Positions 1 through 7,897 of a stretch of 16,810 bases of DNA are shown in pieces. The notes beneath the pieces were generated by a model that saw nothing but the letters and a program-made list of their open reading frames with translations, did not search any database and had not been told where the DNA came from. Made by a program: the position numbers and the translations under genes. Source of the stretch: a candidate division WOR-3 bacterium (GTDB taxonomy: Bacteria > Hydrothermota > Hydrothermia > JBDRYB01); assembly GCA_049969615.1 (NCBI GenBank), contig JBMFOM010000033.1, positions 1 to 16,810 of the forward strand, in the 5' to 3' direction. How positions within the stretch are numbered: position 1 is the stretch's first letter; each line of letters begins with the position of its first letter.

Positions 1-92
1 TTTGTCTTGTTTATGGGGGAGGGCCATATTTTGGCCCAAAACCCCATCTCCGCGCCTACTGAGAGGGAATGGAACCCAGGCATTCATGTATG

Positions 93-122
93 TTGCGAGG
101 AAATTTTTCCGCGCATTATAAT
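93..122 (+). promoter_or_regulatory. Putative sigma70 promoter of the cysteine synthase gene (TTGCGA-N18-TATAAT)
   Basis: TTGCGA at 93-98, TATAAT at 117-122, ATG at 136; no obvious SD in between. Confidence 0.55.
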
Positions 123-135
123 TTCCTGCTGGTTT

Positions 136-993
136 ATGGATGGAATACTCACTGCCATAGGCAACACCCCCCTGGTGGAACTGGAGGCTCCCCGGGGCGG
201 CGCCAAATTATTCGCCAAGATAGAGGGCGCTAACCCAACCGGTTCGGTCAAGGACAGACCAGCCCTCGGAATGGTTATGGGCGCGGAGCGCCGAGGAATC
301 CTGAAGCCGGGCAACACTATCATAGAGGCTACATCCGGTAACATGGGAGCGGCGCTCGCAATGGTCGCGGCCGCGAAGGGATACAATTGCGTAATAGTCT
401 CGCCAGAATACACATCCGAAGGCAAAAAGAGGCTCATAAGGAGGCTTGGTGCTCAGTTGATTGAGACTCCGGAATGCATCAGGATACCTGGGTGCATGGA
501 TATGGCTGTTCAGATGGCCAGGGAAAACAAGTGGTTCCTCGCTGATCAGTTCAGCAACCCAGACAACCCGGCATCCCATGTCAGAACAGCGGCCGAGATA
601 ATAGCTCAACTGGGCCAGGTTCCGGACGCCCTGGTCCTCGGTTGGGGAACCGGCGGCACTCTAACAGGTATCGCAACTGCGATGAAGGCTGTTAAGCCGG
701 ATTGCAGGGTCTTCACCGTTGAGATAAACGAGTATCCCCATATGATTGAGGGTATTTACTACGATTTCACTCCGGTCAACCTGAAGCGGGAGCTCATTGA
801 CGAGGTCATCGTCATATCATCCGCGGAAGGAATTGACGCCGCCGCATACCTCAACAGGAAGGGTTATCCAGTTGGGCTTTCCTCCGGAGCCGCTTGGATC
901 GCGGCAAAACGCGCATCCGAGGCCCTCGGTGAGGGAAGGGCTGTGGTTACCATTTTCCCAGACAGGTGTGAGCGGTATTCGGTTCAGGATTGA
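136..993 (+). CDS. cysK: PLP-dependent cysteine synthase family protein (CysK/CysM-like)
   Basis: Motifs IGNTPLV, KIEGANPTGSVKDR (PLP Lys), EATSGN, QFSNPDN, GWGTGGT, GLSSGAA, FPD. Start moved from 7 to ATG 136, where family similarity begins. CysK versus CysM not resolved. Confidence 0.88.
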   Translation: MDGILTAIGNTPLVELEAPRGGAKLFAKIEGANPTGSVKDRPALGMVMGAERRGILKPGNTIIEATSGNMGAALAMVAAAKGYNCVIVSPEYTSEGKKRLIRRLGAQLIETPECIRIPGCMDMAVQMARENKWFLADQFSNPDNPASHVRTAAEIIAQLGQVPDALVLGWGTGGTLTGIATAMKAVKPDCRVFTVEINEYPHMIEGIYYDFTPVNLKRELIDEVIVISSAEGIDAAAYLNRKGYPVGLSSGAAWIAAKRASEALGEGRAVVTIFPDRCERYSVQD

Positions 994-1072
994 GCCCCCC
1001 TGCGTTTCTGGGTATTCTTCTCTTTAGCAAACCGTTTTATTTTCATTCTGGTGGATGGGTCCCACAATCAGG

Positions 1073-1102
1073 TTGAAGTCGCGCTCGGCCCGGCAGGATA
1101 AT
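1073..1102 (+). promoter_or_regulatory. Putative promoter for a leaderless sufS transcript (TTGAAG-N18-GATAAT)
   Basis: TTGAAG 1073-1078, GATAAT 1097-1102, exactly 6 nt before ATG 1109. Confidence 0.5.
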
Positions 1103-1108
1103 TTTCCC

Positions 1109-2323
1109 ATGAAGGATATACGTCAGGATTTTCCCACCCTTAATCTCAGGGTTGGTGAGCGTCCGCTCTGTTATCTGGACAACGCGGCCACCACCCTCAG
1201 GCCCACACAGGTGATAGAGTGTATGGATAGATTCTACCGGGATTGCAACGCCAACATTCACCGAGGCATATATCACCTTTCCGTGAAGGCAACCAAGATG
1301 TATGACCAGGCTCATCAGCGCGTCGCTAGCTTTATCCGCGCCAAGGCCTGGCAGGAGATAATCTTCACCAGGAATACAACCGAGTCAATAAACCTCGTTG
1401 CCTATGCTTTTGGAGATGCGGTAGTGCACGAGGGTGATGAGATAGTCACAACTGTGTCCGAACACCACTCAAATATGATCCCTTGGCAGAGGCTAGCCGC
1501 TCGTAAACGCGCCAACCTAAATTACATACCGGTCAAATCAGATGGGACCCTTGACCTGGATGAGGCCAGAAAGCTCATAACCCCAAAAACCAGAATAGTT
1601 GCGCTTCAGCATGTCTCAAACCTTTTGGGAACAGTGCATCCCGTTTCTGATGTAGCTGAGATGGCTCACAGGGTTGGTGCGCTCGTTGTCGTTGATGCCG
1701 CTCAGTCGGTGCCACACATGCCATTTGATGTCCGGGACATCGGAGCTGATTTTGTCGCCTTCTCCGGCCACAAGATGCTTGGCCCCACAGGTATCGGTAT
1801 CCTATGGGGAAGAGAGGAGCTGCTACGGGAGGGAGATGTCTTTCTTACGGGCGGCTCAATGATCTCCGAGGTCACCCTTGAGGGCGCTAAGTGGAACACA
1901 CTGCCCTGGAAATACGAGGCCGGGACACCAAACATATGCGGTGCGATTGGCCTCTCTGCGGCAATAGATTACCTGGAGAGCATAGGGCTGGATGAAATCC
2001 TCGCTCACGAGAAAGATCTCCTTGAATACGCCGTGGAAAGGCTTTCTTCGCTAGGTTTTGTAAAGCTGTATGGCCCCGCACCCGATCGCCGGGTCGGCAT
2101 AGTCTCCTTCAATGTTGAAGGCGTTCATCCGCACGATGTCGCGCAGGTCTGCGACTCTTTTGGCGTAGCGGTTAGGTCGGGTCACCACTGTGCCCAGCCC
2201 CTCTCGGTGGCAATGGGCGCTAGTTATGGCACCGCGAGGGCCTCTTTTTACCTCTATAACACGAAAGATGAGGTTGACGCGCTCGTTGAAGCGCTTATAA
2301 TGGCAAAGAAGGAGCTAGGATGA
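1109..2323 (+). CDS. sufS: Cysteine desulfurase, group II (SufS/CsdA type)
   Basis: IRQDFP, YLDNAATT, ANIHRG, FTRNTTE, EHHSN, DAAQS, SGHKM (PLP Lys), EAGTPN and the group II catalytic RSGHHCA. ATG 1109 fits the family N-terminus better than 1055. Confidence 0.95.
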   Translation: MKDIRQDFPTLNLRVGERPLCYLDNAATTLRPTQVIECMDRFYRDCNANIHRGIYHLSVKATKMYDQAHQRVASFIRAKAWQEIIFTRNTTESINLVAYAFGDAVVHEGDEIVTTVSEHHSNMIPWQRLAARKRANLNYIPVKSDGTLDLDEARKLITPKTRIVALQHVSNLLGTVHPVSDVAEMAHRVGALVVVDAAQSVPHMPFDVRDIGADFVAFSGHKMLGPTGIGILWGREELLREGDVFLTGGSMISEVTLEGAKWNTLPWKYEAGTPNICGAIGLSAAIDYLESIGLDEILAHEKDLLEYAVERLSSLGFVKLYGPAPDRRVGIVSFNVEGVHPHDVAQVCDSFGVAVRSGHHCAQPLSVAMGASYGTARASFYLYNTKDEVDALVEALIMAKKELG

Positions 2324-2688
2324 ATCTCTATCCCGAAAAGGTCATGGACCACATAAAAAAACCCAGGCACAGGGGAACCATGCCGGATGCGACCGTGGTC
2401 GCGGACAATGGCAACCCTTCCTGCGGGGACGAGCTGGCCTATTACCTCCGGATAGAGGAGGGAAGAATCGTGGACATAAAACACGATGCCCGAGGTTGCG
2501 CCATATCAAGAGCCGCGGCCGACATTCTCGCGGACATGGTTGAGGGGAAAACGGTGGAGGAGGCGCTTGCCTTGACCCACGAAGACATAGTAGGTGCCAT
2601 GGGCGGAATATCTGAGGGCCGGATATCATGCGCGACCCTGTCCATTGATGTGCTACGCGAGGCGCTGGGGAAGCTGAAGGCGTTATAA
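2320..2688 (+). CDS. sufU: Fe-S scaffold/sulfur-acceptor U-type protein (NifU_N; SufU/IscU family)
   Basis: NPSCGD (C35, D37), GCAIS (C60), GKTVEEA, RISC (C104); ATGA overlap with the sufS stop. Confidence 0.9.
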   Translation: MNLYPEKVMDHIKKPRHRGTMPDATVVADNGNPSCGDELAYYLRIEEGRIVDIKHDARGCAISRAAADILADMVEGKTVEEALALTHEDIVGAMGGISEGRISCATLSIDVLREALGKLKAL

Positions 2689-2689
2689 T
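2682..2689 (+). repeat. Left copy of 8-bp imperfect direct repeat (GTTATAAT) flanking the R-M cassette; contains a TATAAT box and the sufU stop
   Basis: GTTATAAT at 2682-2689 versus GTTTTAAT at 5440-5447 (7/8 identical). Confidence 0.45.
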
Positions 2690-3742
2690 TTGGCTGAGGT
2701 GGACGATTACAGGAAGAGGTCATATCTCTCTGCGGCCGAGGCCGCGGGGTTTCTCGGCCTCACGGTGGCCCTCGTCCATGACCTCGCTAAGGAGGGAAGA
2801 CTGCCTTACAGGCGCGCGGCCTCCGGACAAATGCGTTTCAGGTTGGAGGATCTGAAGAGATACTTGGAGTCTACTAAAAGGAAGAGCAGGACGGTCCCGG
2901 GCCTTCCTCGGGAAAGCATTTTTGAGCTGGACAGCACGACTCAGAGGGTATATCTGAAAAACTCTCAACAAATGGACGATCTGCCGGATAACTCGGTTCA
3001 CCTGATGATCACATCCCCGCCCTATTTCAACGCCAAGATGTATTCACCTGAACCCCTGGAGGGAGACCTGGGCAACATTCACGACATGGATGTCTGGTTC
3101 TCAGAGATAGCCAAGGTCTGGACCGAGGTTCTCAGGGTCCTTCAGCCAGGCCGGAAGGCTTTCATAAACATAATGAACCTTCCGGTAAGGCTTGAAAATG
3201 GTTTCAAGACCCTCAACCTGGTTGGGAAAACAATAGAACTTTGCGATAGCCTCGGGTTTATCTTCAAGAGGGACATAATCTGGCAGAAGACCAACTCTGT
3301 AAGGGCGCATTTCGGCACATATCCTTATCCCGGGGGAATTCTGCTAAACCACAATCACGAGTTCATCCTTGAGTTTGAAAAACCTGCGCCTAGCGGTTAT
3401 CAGAAATACGCGCACCTGACGAAGGAACAAAAGGAGGCCTCTCGGCTGGACAAAGCCTTCTGGATAGAGATAAAGAAAAGCGATGTCTGGGTCATGAAGC
3501 CTCAGGGATCAGGGGACAGACGCAATCATGTTGCGCCATTTCCTTATGAACTGCCCTACAGGTTAATAAAAGCCTACAGCTATGTTGGCGAAACTGTTCT
3601 TGACCCGTTCCTGGGATCCGGTACAACTCTCCTTGCCGCGGCGGATCTGCGGAGGAACGGCGTTGGTTACGAAATAAACCCTGAGATTGCCGAGGTGGCG
3701 ATAAAGATTCTAAAAACACGTCAGGGAGTTTGTTTGGTATGA
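2690..3742 (+). CDS. Beta-class amino-DNA methyltransferase (SPPY, likely N4-cytosine) with an N-terminal excisionase/MerR-like HTH
   Basis: N-terminal YLSAAEAAGFLGLT...LAKEGRLP...GQMRFRLEDL (HTH_17-like); catalytic TSPPY (3011-3025) precedes HVAPFP and the SAM-binding VLDPFLGSGTT...GYEI. Start is TTG 2690 or GTG 2699. Confidence 0.9.
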   Translation: MAEVDDYRKRSYLSAAEAAGFLGLTVALVHDLAKEGRLPYRRAASGQMRFRLEDLKRYLESTKRKSRTVPGLPRESIFELDSTTQRVYLKNSQQMDDLPDNSVHLMITSPPYFNAKMYSPEPLEGDLGNIHDMDVWFSEIAKVWTEVLRVLQPGRKAFINIMNLPVRLENGFKTLNLVGKTIELCDSLGFIFKRDIIWQKTNSVRAHFGTYPYPGGILLNHNHEFILEFEKPAPSGYQKYAHLTKEQKEASRLDKAFWIEIKKSDVWVMKPQGSGDRRNHVAPFPYELPYRLIKAYSYVGETVLDPFLGSGTTLLAAADLRRNGVGYEINPEIAEVAIKILKTRQGVCLV

Positions 3743-4485
3743 GAAGCCTTTCTGACGACGAGATTGAAAAGACCTACGAGATGATCAGCGATTATCACAG
3801 GAAATAGAAATATTTGAAGCAACACGGAGTAAAATTGCCGAAACTGAAGGGTCCAAGGGGATATACCCAGGCTGCCCTCGTCCTGGTTTATCTTGCGCAT
3901 GGTTATCCGAATACGCGGTCAGTTTCTAAGCGCGAGATAACCGAATTCATCCGGCAATATTACCCCGATGTGCCTGATGTCCAGGAAGGAAGGCATCTTG
4001 CCGCTCAAAAAGGGTGGTTCATCGTGGCAGGAGGACGAGACAACAAGGATGTAGTGCTCAAGCGGGACGAGTATAAGCTTATGAGCCTGAAAAAGCCCTA
4101 TCCGGGTTTTACTCATAGGAAAATTGAAATGGAAGAGGAGGATTGGGAGAAGATCAAAAAGCGCTACAATTACCGATGCGCTACCCGTGGCTCGAAGGAA
4201 GGGAGACCTCATCTGCATTGGCCAAATACCAAAACGAAACTACAAAAGGCCCATAAGGATCCAAATAAAGATCTGGGCCCGGGCAACATCATTCCTCAGT
4301 GCCAGAAGTGCAACAGGGCCGATAGAAACAACTGGGTCTACGATAACAAGGGCCGGGTGATCAAGCTGGCTAATCCACAGGTAATCAAAAGGTCGGATCG
4401 AAAAGTCCGGTGGGAGGTCTATAGGATACTCTACGAGGAGTTTAACGGAGTGAACTCAATTAGCAAGGAGGCTTCAGATGAATGA
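3739..4485 (+). pseudogene. HNH (beta-beta-alpha-Me) restriction endonuclease interrupted by an in-frame TAG
   Basis: ATG 3739 overlaps the MTase TGA (ATGA) and is in frame with ORF 3814..4485: MRSLSDDEIEKTYEMISDYHRK*KYLKQHGVKLP, TAG at 3805-3807. C-terminal half has RCATRG...LQKAHKDP...NIIPQCQKCNR, an HNH/Zn-finger pattern. Lies between two MTases. Confidence 0.75.
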
Positions 4486-5446
4486 CGAATTGATAGATAA
4501 AATAATCCTTGGGGATGCGGAGGAGGTCTTACCTAAAATAGAAGACAATTCAATAGATCTTGTTTTAACTGATCCACCCTACTTTCTGGACAAAATGGAT
4601 AACAACTGGAACCATGAGACTGTATCAAAGATAACGGATTATTGTCATACCGTTAAATATCTTCCACCTGGGATGAAGTTTGACAAGGAGCAGGGTAAGA
4701 GGTTTTACGAGTGGTATCTGAAAATATCAAAGGAGATATACCGAGTCCTCAAGCCAGGTGGGTTCTTCTTCTCCTTCTCAAGCCCCAGGCTTTATCACAG
4801 GATGGCTTCTGCTGTGGACGACGCAGGCTTTCTGATAAGGGATTGCTTTATCTGGCTTTATGTTCAGAATCAACCCAAGGCCATGTCCCTGGATCACTTC
4901 ATTGACAGGCTTGATTGCGACGGCGAAACAAAGTCCACGTTGAAGGAAAAGTTCTCAGGTTGGAAAACCCCACAGGTAAAATCATGCTTTGAACCCATAG
5001 TGATGGCCCAGAAGGACTATGAAAAAACATTCCTGAACAACATGCTCAAACACGAGGTCGGTCTCCTGAACACCAATCTTCGTATAGGAAAAGGTGAGGA
5101 TATGTTTCCTGCGAATGTGGTTACCCTAGAAAGGATAACTGAGCTCTTGGACAAGCACTTTCTCGTGGGGAAACCCGAAAAGAAGGAAAGGGGCGATTTT
5201 AACACTCACAGGACGGTAAAACCCCTGGCCATATGTGAGTATATCATCCGGTTGACTACATTTGCATCCTCAGCTATTGTTCTTGACCCGTTTGTCGGTT
5301 CCGGTACAACCGCGGTAGCTGCAAAAAGGTTGGGTAGAAGATTCATCGGGATTGATGTGAATCCCGAGTATGTGGAAATCGCGCGGAAAAGACTTGATGA
5401 TTCCGAAATCATTGAACACGCTAAAGAAAAATCAGGGCTGTTTTAA
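4478..5446 (+). CDS. Beta-class DNA methyltransferase (DPPY, likely N6-adenine)
   Basis: IILGDA, IDLVLTDPPY, RVLKPGG, EPIVMAQK, HRTVKP, VLDPFVGSGTT, FIGID; SD AAGGAGG at about 4465-4471; overlaps the endonuclease 3' end. Confidence 0.92.
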   Translation: MNDELIDKIILGDAEEVLPKIEDNSIDLVLTDPPYFLDKMDNNWNHETVSKITDYCHTVKYLPPGMKFDKEQGKRFYEWYLKISKEIYRVLKPGGFFFSFSSPRLYHRMASAVDDAGFLIRDCFIWLYVQNQPKAMSLDHFIDRLDCDGETKSTLKEKFSGWKTPQVKSCFEPIVMAQKDYEKTFLNNMLKHEVGLLNTNLRIGKGEDMFPANVVTLERITELLDKHFLVGKPEKKERGDFNTHRTVKPLAICEYIIRLTTFASSAIVLDPFVGSGTTAVAAKRLGRRFIGIDVNPEYVEIARKRLDDSEIIEHAKEKSGLF

Positions 5447-5447
5447 T
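5440..5447 (+). repeat. Right copy of the 8-bp imperfect direct repeat (GTTTTAAT)
   Basis: Contains the MTase TAA (5444-5446) and the first two bases of the GT4 ATG. Confidence 0.45.
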
Positions 5448-6432
5448 GAAAGTCCTCTTTCTCTCTGACCTCGGCCCGGATTCGCCAGCTGACCATGGCC
5501 TATCCGGCCCCCAGAGGTTCGCCAGAGCATTTTCCTCGGCAATATCCGGCCGTGTCTCGCTCACAATCGTCAATCTCAGCGAGGGAAACAAGTTATCGCG
5601 TTCCTTAACCTGTCTAGGGGGATATGATATATACCATGTTTCCGGGGTTTCCTTTCTTGAACCTCTCCTCGCGGGGTTTCGCTCCGGCAGGAGGCTCATA
5701 TATACTTCACACGGCATACTAGCACATGAGGCCAGGGCTGGTTACCAATACCCGAAGAGAATGTTTTGGGCAGAGAATATTCTCGTGGGCAAAGCCAGGG
5801 CAATAGCTTGTGTGTCCAATTCGCTTTGCTCCAATATGGCGCGGGAATTCGGGCTTGACCCCCAAAAACTGACCGTGATCCCCCCCGCTGTTGACCCCTC
5901 GCTTTTTGAGACCGAGCCTCTTGACTCCGGCTTTCCGTCGCCATACATCCTGTTTCCGGGCTCCGGGCCGACAAAAGGCCTCCAACACGCCATAAAGGCT
6001 TTTGAAATCGCGAGGAGGAGTGTTCCCGACTTAAATCTGGTTGCTGTCTCCGAATCTTCTGGTCCGGATAAGCCGGGTATCATATGGTCAAATCCTCTTC
6101 CCACAAATATTCTCGTCGGTGCTTATCTGCGTTCCGAGCTCATCCTCAATACCTCTGAGTACGAGACATTTGGCCTCCCAATAATTGAGGCCGCGGCGCT
6201 CGGCAGGCCTTTCCTGGTCTCGGAAGGTTCCGGGGTTTCGGATTTTGTTCGTCAGGACTTCCCTGAGCTGGTCATTGATCCGGAGGATCACGAGTCCACA
6301 GCCGTCCGGATCGTGGAGGTCCTTGAAGATCCGCCGTCGCCAGACGCATTGAAAACCTGGGCAGACCGGTTTTCACCAGAGCGTATTGCTGAGGAATACA
6401 TGGGCCTATACAGGGAAGTAGGCGCTAATTAG
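5446..6432 (+). CDS. Glycosyltransferase family 4 (GT-B fold)
   Basis: IYTSHG, ACVS, VIPPAVD, TKGL and the GT4 signature YETFGLPIIEAAALGRP (E-x7-E); TAATG overlap with the MTase. Confidence 0.9.
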   Translation: MKVLFLSDLGPDSPADHGLSGPQRFARAFSSAISGRVSLTIVNLSEGNKLSRSLTCLGGYDIYHVSGVSFLEPLLAGFRSGRRLIYTSHGILAHEARAGYQYPKRMFWAENILVGKARAIACVSNSLCSNMAREFGLDPQKLTVIPPAVDPSLFETEPLDSGFPSPYILFPGSGPTKGLQHAIKAFEIARRSVPDLNLVAVSESSGPDKPGIIWSNPLPTNILVGAYLRSELILNTSEYETFGLPIIEAAALGRPFLVSEGSGVSDFVRQDFPELVIDPEDHESTAVRIVEVLEDPPSPDALKTWADRFSPERIAEEYMGLYREVGAN

Positions 6433-7897
6433 GGGGAATATACAGATACAGGGTTTCCAGTTCAAACCAGGGTTGCGCGTTCGGGAATCTCATCGGCATG
6501 ACCTTCCTTTTCTCCAGCCTGAGCGAGGGGTCATCCAAGGGCCTGGTGAAAAGGCCAGGCATCCCTGAGAACGAGGTGTCCATTTCCTGATAAAATGACC
6601 TGGGGATCCTTACCCGTCCGGGCGCGGCCCACCACCACAGACTCCTGTCAACCACTACTGAATCACCTGCATATTTCATCATCTCACCCATGGCCTCGGT
6701 CAGGGCAATGTTGGTTTTTCTATCGGAGAGAACCTGCCTAGCGAGCCGGAAATCCTCCGTTGCGACTATCAGGGCAAGCAAAGCCATGACCCACCTGCCA
6801 TTCCAGAAGGACTCCATGAGTGCTCCGGCGAACAGGGGGAATATCAGCGGATAAAACAGCATAGCGAAAGAGGCGAGGTTATGTGGAGGCGCGAGGCCCC
6901 TCGGGAAAAGGGCTATCCAAACGAGTCCAGAGAGGAAAAGGATAACCAAAGGTCTTTGCTCCCTAATCCAGTAGTATGCCGAGAAGAGAATGGCAATAGC
7001 GCCTGCTATGGAGGAAACAAAATAGAATGTCCTATTATCCGCGGCCGGGCCAATTATGCAGTGAAGGTTCCTGAACACGAGGTTCTGAAGATAAAGGTGT
7101 AGGGCATAAAAAGGCTCCCTAAACAATAGAATGGGAATAAAGCCCTCGGTATAGCCGGACTGGACATCGGACCGAGGCAAATGGCCCAGGTGCGGAATTA
7201 TATTGTAAAAGATGAAGAAGGCCGCTGGAATCAAAAGGCCAATCAAAAACCAAGGGAGCGATTTCCATGCCTTCCTGACCAGCAGATATGTGAGTATCGC
7301 GAGCGAGATAAGGGAACCCATGACATAGACCGATGGCAGAAGCCCGGTCAGGAAGCCACAGGCGATTGCCCAGCCTCGGCCATCCCTTTCCCGCAAGGCA
7401 GTGTAGAATGCCATTCCACTGAAGCCCACTAGCAGTGGCTCAGGCCTGATCACATGGCAGAGCATGACGAAAGCGCCGGAGAGCGCTATGAGAATGCCGG
7501 CGAGAATTCCGGTTTTCTCTGACCAGAGCCTCCGCCCGATCAAATAGACCGATATGATGATCAGGATTCCGCCTAGCAAGGAAACCAACCTAGCGGAGAA
7601 AGGATTTATGCCGAATGCTTTGAAGCATAGGGCCAAAGCCCCGGCGTAAACCGGAAAACTGAGAATACCATATCCGACATCGTTGAGAGTGGTCCCGGGA
7701 AACATCGTGGTCTTCACGATCCCGGATCTGAGAAATCCGAGACCAACATCAGCTATCCACGCCTCGTCTGGAGATATGGTCAGCGCGGGATACCAGGATA
7801 ATGTCAAGAGATTCACCAAGAACCAGGCGGCCAGGAAGATCAGAAATGCCCACCTGAGAAACAGTGCATTCGCCGAGAACCCTTTCAAAAGGTTCAC
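6425..7897 (-). CDS. GT-C membrane glycosyltransferase (ArnT/PMT, family 39/83-like)
   Basis: First TM helix followed by an SPDEAW acidic motif; FGIN...ARLVSLL; RPEP; many hydrophobic TM segments. Probable start GTG 7897 (GTGA overlap with the ubiD stop); the ORF track start 7918 is an alternative. Confidence 0.8.
   Translation of the reverse strand: MNLLKGFSANALFLRWAFLIFLAAWFLVNLLTLSWYPALTISPDEAWIADVGLGFLRSGIVKTTMFPGTTLNDVGYGILSFPVYAGALALCFKAFGINPFSARLVSLLGGILIIISVYLIGRRLWSEKTGILAGILIALSGAFVMLCHVIRPEPLLVGFSGMAFYTALRERDGRGWAIACGFLTGLLPSVYVMGSLISLAILTYLLVRKAWKSLPWFLIGLLIPAAFFIFYNIIPHLGHLPRSDVQSGYTEGFIPILLFREPFYALHLYLQNLVFRNLHCIIGPAADNRTFYFVSSIAGAIAILFSAYYWIREQRPLVILFLSGLVWIALFPRGLAPPHNLASFAMLFYPLIFPLFAGALMESFWNGRWVMALLALIVATEDFRLARQVLSDRKTNIALTEAMGEMMKYAGDSVVVDRSLWWWAAPGRVRIPRSFYQEMDTSFSGMPGLFTRPLDDPSLRLEKRKVMPMRFPNAQPWFELETLYLYIPPN

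Noticed and set aside
7-135. N-terminal extensions given by the ORF track (cysK from 7; also sufS 1055, ubiD 9660, S8 13347)
   Set aside because: The extensions lack family similarity and run over predicted promoter boxes or the upstream gene; downstream ATGs fit better.
3805-3807. In-frame TAG as evidence of amber recoding (pyrrolysine or alternative genetic code)
   Set aside because: TAG serves as a normal stop for GT4, GT-C, clpC and the TPR gene in this window, no pyl genes are seen, and the codon is fully explained by a 6-bp duplication.
136-5446. Sulfur genes next to DNA-modification genes as a phosphorothioation-like (Dnd/Ssp) system
   Set aside because: No DndC/SspD PAPS-reductase-like, DndD or DndE genes; the MTases have ordinary SAM-dependent motifs, and composition plus flanking repeats point to a later insertion.
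2682-5447. Integron cassette or transposon interpretation of the R-M block
   Set aside because: No integrase or transposase, no attC-like palindrome or terminal inverted repeats seen, and the GTT-containing ends do not match GTTRRRY.
5880-5886. C7 homopolymer in GT4 as a phase-variation tract
   Set aside because: Short, in frame, and encodes the ordinary I-P-P of the VIPP motif.
4478-6432. GT4 coupled to the MTase as a DNA-glycosylation (hypermodification) enzyme
   Set aside because: It looks like an ordinary envelope GT4, lies outside the flanking repeat, and no hydroxymethylase or base-modifying partner is present. Conserved MTase-GT4 linkage in other genomes would reopen this.
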